Source of the DNA: Bacteriovoracia bacterium
GTDB lineage: Bacteria > Bdellovibrionota > UBA1018 > JBFWNL01
Length of the DNA: 64,000 nucleotides
Direction: 5' to 3'
Assembly (NCBI GenBank): GCA_050251055.1
Contig: JBFWNL010000004.1
Location: 160,001-224,000 of the forward strand
Notes under the pieces: model-generated
What the model saw: only the letters and a program-made list of their open reading frames with translations
Told to the model about the DNA's origin: nothing
Database searches by the model: none
Translations under genes and position numbers: made by a program
Shown: one piece after another, positions 57,210 to 64,000 of the stretch
Layout of the letters: each line of letters starts with the position of its first letter
How positions within the stretch are numbered: position 1 is the stretch's first letter

Positions 57210-57966
57210 TCAAGTTCCAATCGTATTTAAGAAATTGAATCGAAGCATGCTTTGCTTTTTCGATTTCGACGGTTTTCAATGTCATACGAGGAATAACAAA
57301 GTCACGGATAGCCTGTTCATCGGGCCCAAAATCTTTTCCGTACCATTTGAAGAGGCTCGAAAGATAAAGCACGGGGGATGCGCCCCCTTCATAACGATTT
57401 CGGGATCTGTCGTTGAGAAAAGCTTTAGCTGCATTCTCTAATTGAGCGTTCAGTCGAGCGGCCACATAGGGCTCCGAAGCGAGGTTTGGGCAACCGATTG
57501 AAGCGCAAACAAGTGCGAAATGAATACGCGGTTCCTTGTATTTCGGTCGAATCAGATCGTGTTCGATATGGTCGAGATGAGTTTCAGCTCCAAAAAGCAA
57601 AAAGAATTTTTTCTTCCATGGCGAGGAAAATAATCCACCAATGTCTTTGATAGATTTCACGGGATAATTATCCGTCACGAGCTTTAGTGTGAACGCATTG
57701 TAAGCATTAATCAGAAAAGCAAGTTGTTCGTTTTTTGACCATTTATCAAATTCGGATTCTTTTACCGAAGAGAGTGCGCCAAGGTAATTCAGGAGCTTTT
57801 CTGGATTTCTCTTGAGGTGACTATAATTCACGACTGAAGATGCGTTTCGCCCGCTCACATGCTCTTTGAGAATTTCATGGAAGAGCTCGTGAGAGTGATC
57901 AAAGGCGAAGGCTTCAGCGGAAAGTACAAAGATCATCAGAAATAGGCCCACAAGACAGCATCTCAT
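57196..57966 (-). CDS. DUF547 exported protein
   Basis: LAFLINAYNA, LDHIEH, PRIHFALVCASIGCP, FKWY..DF, YDWNLN. Confidence 0.93.
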   Translation of the reverse strand: MRCCLVGLFLMIFVLSAEAFAFDHSHELFHEILKEHVSGRNASSVVNYSHLKRNPEKLLNYLGALSSVKESEFDKWSKNEQLAFLINAYNAFTLKLVTDNYPVKSIKDIGGLFSSPWKKKFFLLFGAETHLDHIEHDLIRPKYKEPRIHFALVCASIGCPNLASEPYVAARLNAQLENAAKAFLNDRSRNRYEGGASPVLYLSSLFKWYGKDFGPDEQAIRDFVIPRMTLKTVEIEKAKHASIQFLKYDWNLNDSK

Positions 57967-57968
57967 AA

Positions 57969-57984
57969 TGTTTATATATAAACA
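57969..57984. promoter_or_regulatory. Palindromic operator copy 3
   Basis: Perfect (A)TGTTTATATATAAACA(T) immediately before the DUF547 start. Confidence 0.85.
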
Positions 57985-58030
57985 TATGCGGCGGACTCTT
58001 TCAAGAATCCGCCGGCTAACGCCTCGCTTT

Positions 58031-58501
58031 TTATAATTTATTCAGAGGATGTCCGTCCGCGAGATGAAGGAGCGATTTCAGCACAGCAGCGGGCATTTTT
58101 GGCACAAGTTTACGCACACGTTCAATATGCCGAGGAAAGACAGCCTCAAAGGTTTTTTCGGCGCGAGGCGTAAGTCGATAAAGAGGACGTTGCATGCTGG
58201 GACTCGTTGGACACATCATAATCTGACCATCTTTTTCAAGGCGCCGAAGGAACATCGAAATGTTGCCTCGCGTCACAAGAAGATGTCTAGCGAGTTCAGC
58301 CGCTGACATCGCGCCTTGAAAATACAAATAGAAAAAAATTTGAAATCGAGAAACATGAAATCCTTCGCTCATGAGCCCCTTTTCAAGCGTAGAAAAGACA
58401 CCTTGAAAGGCCGTCATAATCGCTCGCCATGATCGCACACTCGGATCATCGAGTAGTTTTTTCATGGCTCGATACTGACGCGGTTTTTTCTCTGTTTTCA
58501 C
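58031..58501 (-). CDS. MarR family regulator
   Basis: ELARHLLVTRGNIS..RRLEKDG, LTPRA. Confidence 0.9.
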   Translation of the reverse strand: MKTEKKPRQYRAMKKLLDDPSVRSWRAIMTAFQGVFSTLEKGLMSEGFHVSRFQIFFYLYFQGAMSAAELARHLLVTRGNISMFLRRLEKDGQIMMCPTSPSMQRPLYRLTPRAEKTFEAVFPRHIERVRKLVPKMPAAVLKSLLHLADGHPLNKL

Positions 58502-58581
58502 TTAAGTGACACTATACCAAACTCTCCTAAGGAGATGGAATAGTGCACTTGGAAAATTAAAAAATGCACGAACTTCAAGTA

Positions 58582-58597
58582 TGTTTACATATAAACC
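58582..58597. promoter_or_regulatory. Palindromic operator copy 4 (upstream of marR)
   Basis: TGTTTACATATAAACC, 14/16. Confidence 0.7.
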
Positions 58598-58631
58598 AGC
58601 GTCGAGTCCTGGGCCCAGATCTAAGACGCAC

Positions 58632-58904
58632 TCAGGATTTTCCCACACCGGCTGCACGAAGGGCCTGCTCCGTCACCGATCCAGCTCGACAACAGTCCAA
58701 CAATTTTCCGTCAACCACAACGGCGGGAACGCGGGTGACCCCATACTGTTTCGCCAGGTCTCGACATTCGTTGGTTGTACAGTCAGCATTCAAATCGTAG
58801 ATAACCACATCACAAGAGGGGCATGCTGTCTTTTTCACGAGGTCAATGATAGGTTCACAAACAGGGCATCCAGAGGTGAAGACTTCAATTTTTCTTTTTG
58901 TCAT
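58632..58904 (-). CDS. Small thioredoxin-family protein with CxxC pairs and CC
   Basis: IEVFTSGCPVC, CPSC, YGV..VPAVVVDG..CC. Confidence 0.88.
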   Translation of the reverse strand: MTKRKIEVFTSGCPVCEPIIDLVKKTACPSCDVVIYDLNADCTTNECRDLAKQYGVTRVPAVVVDGKLLDCCRAGSVTEQALRAAGVGKS

Positions 58905-58925
58905 AATTGGGTCCTTTCTAATCTT

Positions 58926-59024
58926 ATCCTTCAGTCTATACCTAGGTATAAGGTCAAGGCGGGTTTAAATTTCAGCACTTTAGCGCTCAATCTTGACTCT
59001 ATACCTAGGTATAGGGTGTATGAT
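58926..59024. promoter_or_regulatory. Two divergent MerR-type promoters/operators
   Basis: TATACCTAGGTATA dyad twice; + strand TTGACT-N20-TATGAT (58993-59024); - strand TTGACC at 58952-58957. Confidence 0.85.
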
Positions 59025-59033
59025 GTTTTAAGT

Positions 59034-59456
59034 ATGGGTTCGCCGAAAAAGTCTGAGTATTCGATTGGGCAGCTTGCCAAGATGGCACACGTTAATGTTC
59101 AAACAATTCGCTTCTATGAACGTCGAGGTATTCTCAGGCCAACGACAAGGCAGGATTCGGGTTACCGAGTCTACGATACCGAAAGCCTCAAACGACTTCA
59201 CTTTATTCGGCAAGCGAAAGACCTGGGATTCAGCCTGAAAGAAATTCAAAGTCTCCTGAATTTAAGGGTCCGTTCCGTTGGACGTTGCGATCAGGTCAGA
59301 GCCAAAGCCGAACACAAGCTGAAAGACATTCAACAGAAGATCGCTCATTTGAAAACGTTGGAGCGCACGCTGAAGCGTCTTATTTCTGATTGCGAAAATC
59401 GCGTCGTTTCGGACTGCTGTCCGATCGTAACTCGAATGGAGGTAGGAAATGTCTAA
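59034..59456 (+). CDS. merR: Heavy-metal-responsive MerR family regulator
   Basis: IGQLA..VNVQTIRFYERRG, GYR.Y, LGFSLKEI; Cys in GRCDQV and DC..DCCPI. Confidence 0.85.
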   Translation: MGSPKKSEYSIGQLAKMAHVNVQTIRFYERRGILRPTTRQDSGYRVYDTESLKRLHFIRQAKDLGFSLKEIQSLLNLRVRSVGRCDQVRAKAEHKLKDIQQKIAHLKTLERTLKRLISDCENRVVSDCCPIVTRMEVGNV

Positions 59457-60144
59457 ACTTAAACTGCTTTATTTTGAGGGCTGTCCCAACGCGGAAGGAA
59501 TACGAAAGATTTTAGTGAATTCGGGGCATGAATTCGAGGAGATCAGGCAAGATGACCTCAGCTCTCAGGACCCGCTGAAGCAGTATTCTTCCCCGACTCT
59601 TCTTAAGGGGAATGATCTAATTTTCGGAACGCCAACCGGGGCCGCAGGGGGCTGTTCATTACAGATCCCCTTAGCTAAAGAACTTTTAGCCAAAATCGAG
59701 AAATCGCGATTGGACTCGCCCACAAAAGGAACCAATCTCGTTACGTCTTCCGGTTCGCTGGGCTCGATCCTAACGGTGATCTTGTGTCCGGTCTGTAAAC
59801 CAGCGATAGCTCTTTTATTAAGCTCTCTTGGGTTGGGTTTCGTCATTCAAGAGGCCGCCTTACAAAAAATACTCATTGTCTTTCTCTCGCTCATGATACT
59901 TGGCTTGCTGTGGTCTTACTGGAAGATCCACAAAAACTTTGCGCCGGTTCTTGTTGGATTTCTCATGGCTGTTGGACTTTATATAAGTCGTTATATGTAT
60001 TTTGGAGATGCGATTAATACTGTCCTTATGTACGGAAGTATCGGGGGTCTTGTTGCAGTGAGTATTTGGAATTTATTTCTCAAACGACCGGTCTCCTGCG
60101 AGACTTGTGTCGTCGCCAATCGGGAAAGGAGATCAAAGCTGTGA
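59449..60144 (+). CDS. Thioredoxin-like domain fused to MerC-like membrane transporter
   Basis: LLYFEGCPN..SPT..GCS then LCPVCKPA..SSLGLGF and four TM segments; C-term CETC. Confidence 0.75.
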   Translation: MSKLKLLYFEGCPNAEGIRKILVNSGHEFEEIRQDDLSSQDPLKQYSSPTLLKGNDLIFGTPTGAAGGCSLQIPLAKELLAKIEKSRLDSPTKGTNLVTSSGSLGSILTVILCPVCKPAIALLLSSLGLGFVIQEAALQKILIVFLSLMILGLLWSYWKIHKNFAPVLVGFLMAVGLYISRYMYFGDAINTVLMYGSIGGLVAVSIWNLFLKRPVSCETCVVANRERRSKL

Positions 60145-60428
60145 GATGCATTCTTGCTTCACTTTTACTCATTTTTAGTCTTTCGGTTCCGGCCGCATTC
60201 GCTGGACCGACCACAACCATAATCGTAGACGGAATGACCTGTGCCTCCTGTGCGCGATCTATCGAGCGCCAGTTTAAAAAATTTCCTGAAGTGGAATCTG
60301 TCGATATCTCTATCAGATCCGGCGAGGTGACCCTCAAATATACTGATAGCAAAGTGCTCACTCCCGAACAGATCAAACGAGCGGTTCAAGATGCCGGCTA
60401 TTCGGTCAAAGCGATAGAAAGTCACTGA
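60141..60428 (+). CDS. Periplasmic HMA-domain metal chaperone (MerP-like)
   Basis: Signal peptide, VDGMTCASCA, AVQDAGY; AAGGAG RBS, GTG start. Confidence 0.9.
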   Translation: MRCILASLLLIFSLSVPAAFAGPTTTIIVDGMTCASCARSIERQFKKFPEVESVDISIRSGEVTLKYTDSKVLTPEQIKRAVQDAGYSVKAIESH

Positions 60429-60514
60429 TGATAGTCAGTAAAAAGCTAGTTCGGCCGCTCTTGTTTCATCGATTCTCTTCTTAGTCTTTGGCTTCTTCTA
60501 GAAAATTAACGACC

Positions 60515-61234
60515 TCAACGTTTTGCAAAGACGAAGGAGGTCGCCGCTCGAACTGTGATGACTCCGATCAGAATTCCGAAAATACTTCCTAAAATCCAAA
60601 AAGGAACAAAAGCTCTTAAATTCATATCGAGAATTTGTAACGTCATAATTGGAATATGACTAAGAAGAGCAAGAGCTCCAGCTCTCAAAAGATCCCGCGA
60701 TGCACTTTTCGAGATGATTTTCGTTATAAATGAAAACGTGAGGGTCGCCCCGAGCCCCGCAAACAAAAATCCGCATCCAAACATACAAACCCGCATCCCT
60801 CCCCACTGCATAAAGAGATCCGTCAGAGGGGCGAAGGCATTCCAGGCAAGTGCGTCCGAATGAAGAAAGACAAATGACGGACAAACGAGAATCTCAAGAC
60901 AGGTCAGAAATGTCATGGCGATTAAAACTTTCGCAAAAACCCATTTGCTCCAAAAACCTGCAACAGCGAGGCGCGGTTGAGGATAAAAATAAAGAAAAAA
61001 CCCCAGAATAAAGCAGAGCCACCAGAGGATGCTCGCTATAACCAGATCCCGATTCAGTTCATTTCTGGTCATTATCAAAAGAGGAATCAAAAATACGATA
61101 GTAAGAGTCGTGCTGAGTAAAAGAATTTTTAGCCACCTTCGTGAGGCAGGAATCTTTTCTTCCCGAAGCGCTCCTTGAATGGCATGAAGGACTCGTTCAC
61201 TCACTTCTTTGGGAACAGCTTCATTTCCTGTCAT
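60515..61234 (-). CDS. Multi-TM probable anti-sigma factor
   Basis: ATGA-coupled to ECF sigma; six to seven TM segments, VCP and CMFGCG. Confidence 0.65.
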   Translation of the reverse strand: MTGNEAVPKEVSERVLHAIQGALREEKIPASRRWLKILLLSTTLTIVFLIPLLIMTRNELNRDLVIASILWWLCFILGFFLYFYPQPRLAVAGFWSKWVFAKVLIAMTFLTCLEILVCPSFVFLHSDALAWNAFAPLTDLFMQWGGMRVCMFGCGFLFAGLGATLTFSFITKIISKSASRDLLRAGALALLSHIPIMTLQILDMNLRAFVPFWILGSIFGILIGVITVRAATSFVFAKR

Positions 61235-61800
61235 GAATTTTCTCCACCAAAATGAGTACGTAATTTTGATTTCGCGCGATGGATGAGTTGGCGCACACTT
61301 TCCTCCGAAACTTTCAAAATTTCTGAGATTTCCTTTCCGGTCATTCCTTCCCACTCACTCAGCACTAAGGCCTCTCTTTGATTGAGAGGGAGTAATTCAA
61401 GCGCCTTCTCAACGCGCTTTAAATCAAGATGAAGATGGACTTTCGATTCGTCTCCCTGCTGATGACCGAAGATTTGCGAATCATCGAATGGGTGGCTCTC
61501 GTTATCTTGATAAGCCAAGTCGAGTTGGTCTCTCAAAGCATTAAGAGCAATCGTATAGAACCAAACCGAGAACTTTTTTGTGGGATCGAATCGAGCACGG
61601 GAGGAGTGAATTTTTAGCCACGTCTTTTGAAAAAGATCCGTTTTTAAATCCTTTTTGGATGGCGGGAGCCTTCTTTGAAAAAAAGCATACAGGCACGATT
61701 CATATCTTTTATAAAGACAAAGAAAAGCCTCAGCATTCCCCTGGCTATAAGCCCTCATGAGTGCCTCGTCTGGCGCATGCTGCAAGTCGTCGATTTCCAT
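61231..61800 (-). CDS. ECF sigma factor
   Basis: DEALM..G..AF, DLFQKTWLK, FSVWFYTIA.N, region 4 SVRQLIHRA. Confidence 0.93.
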   Translation of the reverse strand: MEIDDLQHAPDEALMRAYSQGNAEAFLCLYKRYESCLYAFFQRRLPPSKKDLKTDLFQKTWLKIHSSRARFDPTKKFSVWFYTIALNALRDQLDLAYQDNESHPFDDSQIFGHQQGDESKVHLHLDLKRVEKALELLPLNQREALVLSEWEGMTGKEISEILKVSEESVRQLIHRAKSKLRTHFGGENS

Positions 61801-61824
61801 AATGAATTCTTCACATCTATTATA

Positions 61825-61882
61825 TACGACGCCTTAAGAAAAACGTGACGAGATCCTGTCACAAAATAAAAATAGCCCCGTA
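61825..61882. promoter_or_regulatory. Back-to-back ECF promoters GTCAC-N16-CGTA
   Basis: - strand 61825-61849 and + strand 61858-61882 with identical motif and spacing. Confidence 0.75.
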
Positions 61883-61909
61883 TTACATCCATAGGGAACA
61901 AAATTGATC

Positions 61910-63214
61910 ATGAATAAACTTGGCATTTTAGTCGGTCTAATGGTCTCGGGTTTGTACTCGCTCCCGTCTTTGGCGGATTCCCATAATGAGTCGCGCCCTA
62001 TGAATTCTAAAGACGAATCCATTTCGTTAGAGCAAGTTTTGCAGCTTGCCACTCACCAAAATCCTCAAAGGAAAGAAGCCGATGCCGGTGTGAAAGCGGC
62101 GGCCGAAGCCATCACTGCCCGCGAACCTCTTTTACCTCCTCCCACTTTTACTGTGGGGTCGATGGGAAGCAGTGGCCCGTTCTCGTCTTCGGGGCATATG
62201 GAAACTTCCTTTGCCATCAGTCAGACGATTCCATTTCCGACAAAAACTTTTTCGAATCGAAGTGCGTTAAGAAGTTCCTTGAAAGCGACTCAAGCCTCGG
62301 AGCAAGCGTTCACCCTTGAATTAAAAAACAGAGTCAAAAAAGCCTATTACGCTTATTTGGAAGCAAGCCAGAAACTAAGTCTCCTTCAAGAACTTCGTGG
62401 TGTTTATCGTCACCATTTGAAACGCCTTCGCTCGGGTCCGGTACAGGATCAACTTATGAAAGCTCACCTCATGAGTGCTCAAACAGAAATTGATTTGATT
62501 CAAAACGAAATGATTGAAGCCACTGAACGTTTAGAGATTCATCGAGGCGAGCTTAATGTGCTCATCGGAAAGGATGCCTATGCGCCATTGGGTAACCCCG
62601 AAAGTCGACCTCTTTCGCCTCTTCCAGAAAAACTGGATCAAAAAAAATTCCAAGAACTCTCAGCTCGGCATCCTGAACTCCTAGCAGTGGATGCAGGACT
62701 TCAAGCGGTTACAGCCGAAAGAGCGGCGGCTCGCTCAGCTTGGTTACCCGATTTCATGCTGAGTTACCGCGTGAATCGACGCTACGATACTGTCCCGAAT
62801 AATTCAGAAGTAATGGTTGGTGTTTCACTGCCGTTTGTGACGTTTTGGCAGCCTCGCTCTCAGAACGCTGAAATGAATGCGCGCCTTGATATGGCCCACG
62901 CTCAGCAACTCCAAAAGCAGAACGAATTTTCACTCCGTTCTCTTAGAACTCAAGCCATGCTTTCCAGCCTTCATCAGCAACTCATCAACCTAGAAAACCG
63001 TCTCGTTCCTCAAGCCAAACGTCGAGTCGATTTAGTAACAAGTTCTTCCCCGACCGACATGAATTATCTCGATGAGCATCGAGCCGCACTCGAACAATAT
63101 GTGAAACTTAAACTCCAAGCCGTTGAAAAGAAAACGCAATACGAAATGGCCATTTCTGAGCTTGAGAGTCTTACAAATTTAAGTGCGTCAGACGTAAGCG
63201 GAGCCAAGGAGTAA
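61910..63214 (+). CDS. TolC family outer-membrane efflux protein
   Basis: Signal peptide, ISQTIPFP.K, VKKAYY, HPEL, WLPDF, VSLPF. Confidence 0.9.
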   Translation: MNKLGILVGLMVSGLYSLPSLADSHNESRPMNSKDESISLEQVLQLATHQNPQRKEADAGVKAAAEAITAREPLLPPPTFTVGSMGSSGPFSSSGHMETSFAISQTIPFPTKTFSNRSALRSSLKATQASEQAFTLELKNRVKKAYYAYLEASQKLSLLQELRGVYRHHLKRLRSGPVQDQLMKAHLMSAQTEIDLIQNEMIEATERLEIHRGELNVLIGKDAYAPLGNPESRPLSPLPEKLDQKKFQELSARHPELLAVDAGLQAVTAERAAARSAWLPDFMLSYRVNRRYDTVPNNSEVMVGVSLPFVTFWQPRSQNAEMNARLDMAHAQQLQKQNEFSLRSLRTQAMLSSLHQQLINLENRLVPQAKRRVDLVTSSSPTDMNYLDEHRAALEQYVKLKLQAVEKKTQYEMAISELESLTNLSASDVSGAKE

Positions 63215-63218
63215 TGGT

Positions 63219-64000
63219 ATGAAACTTTTTACAAAGGTCATGATCCCGATGAGCGTCTTGTCGCTTGGTATTTTAAGCAGCTGCCAAAATTCTCAAAATA
63301 CAGATTCGAAGGCCGAACATCAGCATGCGCCTCAGACTTCAGCCATGGCAGAGCATTACACCTGCCCCATGCATCCCCATGTAAAAATGGATAAGCCAGG
63401 CTCGTGCCCGATCTGCCATATGCCTCTTGTGAAAGTGACTGGCTCGAATTCTGAGAACTCTGTATCTAAAGAAAATTCAAAACCTCGAATTAAATTCTAC
63501 CGGCATCCTATGAATCCAAGCATCACCTCCCCCGTACCCGCAAAAGACGATATGGGCATGGATTATATTCCGGTGTTCGAAAGCAGTGACGATAGCACCA
63601 GGCAAGATGGATCGATTGAAGGTCGATCTTCGGTGACATTAAATTCCAATCAATGGAAGGCCACAGGAACTCAGCTCATTGCTGTTCAAGCGAAAGATAT
63701 CGACTACGAGATCGAAGCTCCCGGACGGGCTCTTTCTTCCAGCCAAATTTCGATTCAAATCTTTGAACAAGATTTATCGTTGATAAAAAGAGGACTCAAA
63801 GTGAAGGCTAGAAGTCCGCTTTTGCCGGACCAAGAACTGGAAGGTCAGGTGACATCGATAGATTCGTTTCTTGATCCGATGACTCGAACCGCACGCGTCA
63901 ATGCAGTGTTGAAAAATTCTTCTCCTCTTCAATCCGAAAGTTCGCTTATTGCTCGGATCATCATCTCCCTTCCCAACCGACTCGTCATTCCAGAATCGGC
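63219..64000 (+). CDS. CusB-like RND periplasmic adaptor with heavy-metal-binding domains (runs off window)
   Basis: Manual translation: LSSC lipobox, YTCPMHP..PGSCPICHM.L, FYRHPMNP..KDDMGMDYIP, LDPMTRT. Confidence 0.85.
   Translation, partial: MKLFTKVMIPMSVLSLGILSSCQNSQNTDSKAEHQHAPQTSAMAEHYTCPMHPHVKMDKPGSCPICHMPLVKVTGSNSENSVSKENSKPRIKFYRHPMNPSITSPVPAKDDMGMDYIPVFESSDDSTRQDGSIEGRSSVTLNSNQWKATGTQLIAVQAKDIDYEIEAPGRALSSSQISIQIFEQDLSLIKRGLKVKARSPLLPDQELEGQVTSIDSFLDPMTRTARVNAVLKNSSPLQSESSLIARIIISLPNRLVIPES

Larger units (their letters stand above)
31960..64000. mobile_element. Low-GC metal/metalloid genomic island (left end only)
   Basis: Abrupt GC drop, tRNA-3'-like att remnant 31960-31989, recombinase-domain ORF, metal/metalloid cargo. 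Confidence 0.8.

Noticed and set aside
58506-59033. N-terminal extension of the MerR ORF
   Set aside because: Spans the opposite-strand thioredoxin gene and promoters; the HTH begins after ATG 59034
1-64000. CRISPR array, IS transposase, rRNA, retron or defence genes
   Set aside because: No spaced direct repeats or recognisable motifs found by eye

Overview
Bacterial chromosome segment, most likely from a predatory Bdellovibrionota/Oligoflexia-like organism (short 277-aa flagellin, RomR-like regulator, TIGR02147 protein, pilin-like and many secreted proteins; the taxonomy is inferred). Positions 1 to ~31,950 are a GC-rich backbone (about 60% in sampled lines) carrying fliC, romR-like, birA, nadC, rph, rnj, rsmE, rfaE2 and tRNA-Pro(CGG), plus a secreted-protein cassette around a ~300-bp extremely AT-rich spacer. 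At ~31,960 a tRNA-3'-end-like sequence and a recombinase-domain-only ORF mark an abrupt drop in GC (about 43% in sampled lines) into a metal/metalloid genomic island that runs off the right end. The island holds five separately regulated modules: (1) a Fur-boxed DUF6607-phnDCE-VOC operon; (2) a SigF/NrsF-type bufferin-like MNIO RiPP operon extended by YceI, YyaL, a desaturase and a CDF transporter; (3) an organoarsenic cluster (arsM, arsS, an MTA phosphorylase, a GT2-DUF2064 fusion, PiT, arsC, a DedA-disulfide reductase and a membrane spermidine-synthase-like protein) tied together by four copies of the palindrome TGTTTATATATAAACA; (4) a mer-like module without merA; (5) an ECF-controlled TolC/CusB-like efflux system. 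The best candidate for an undescribed system is module 3, which appears to encode a complete arsenosugar/arsenolipid pathway including candidate enzymes for the steps after ArsS. A second candidate is a set of CsrA-type RNA elements flanking the flagellin gene. All family assignments come from motif recognition by eye, not database searches.
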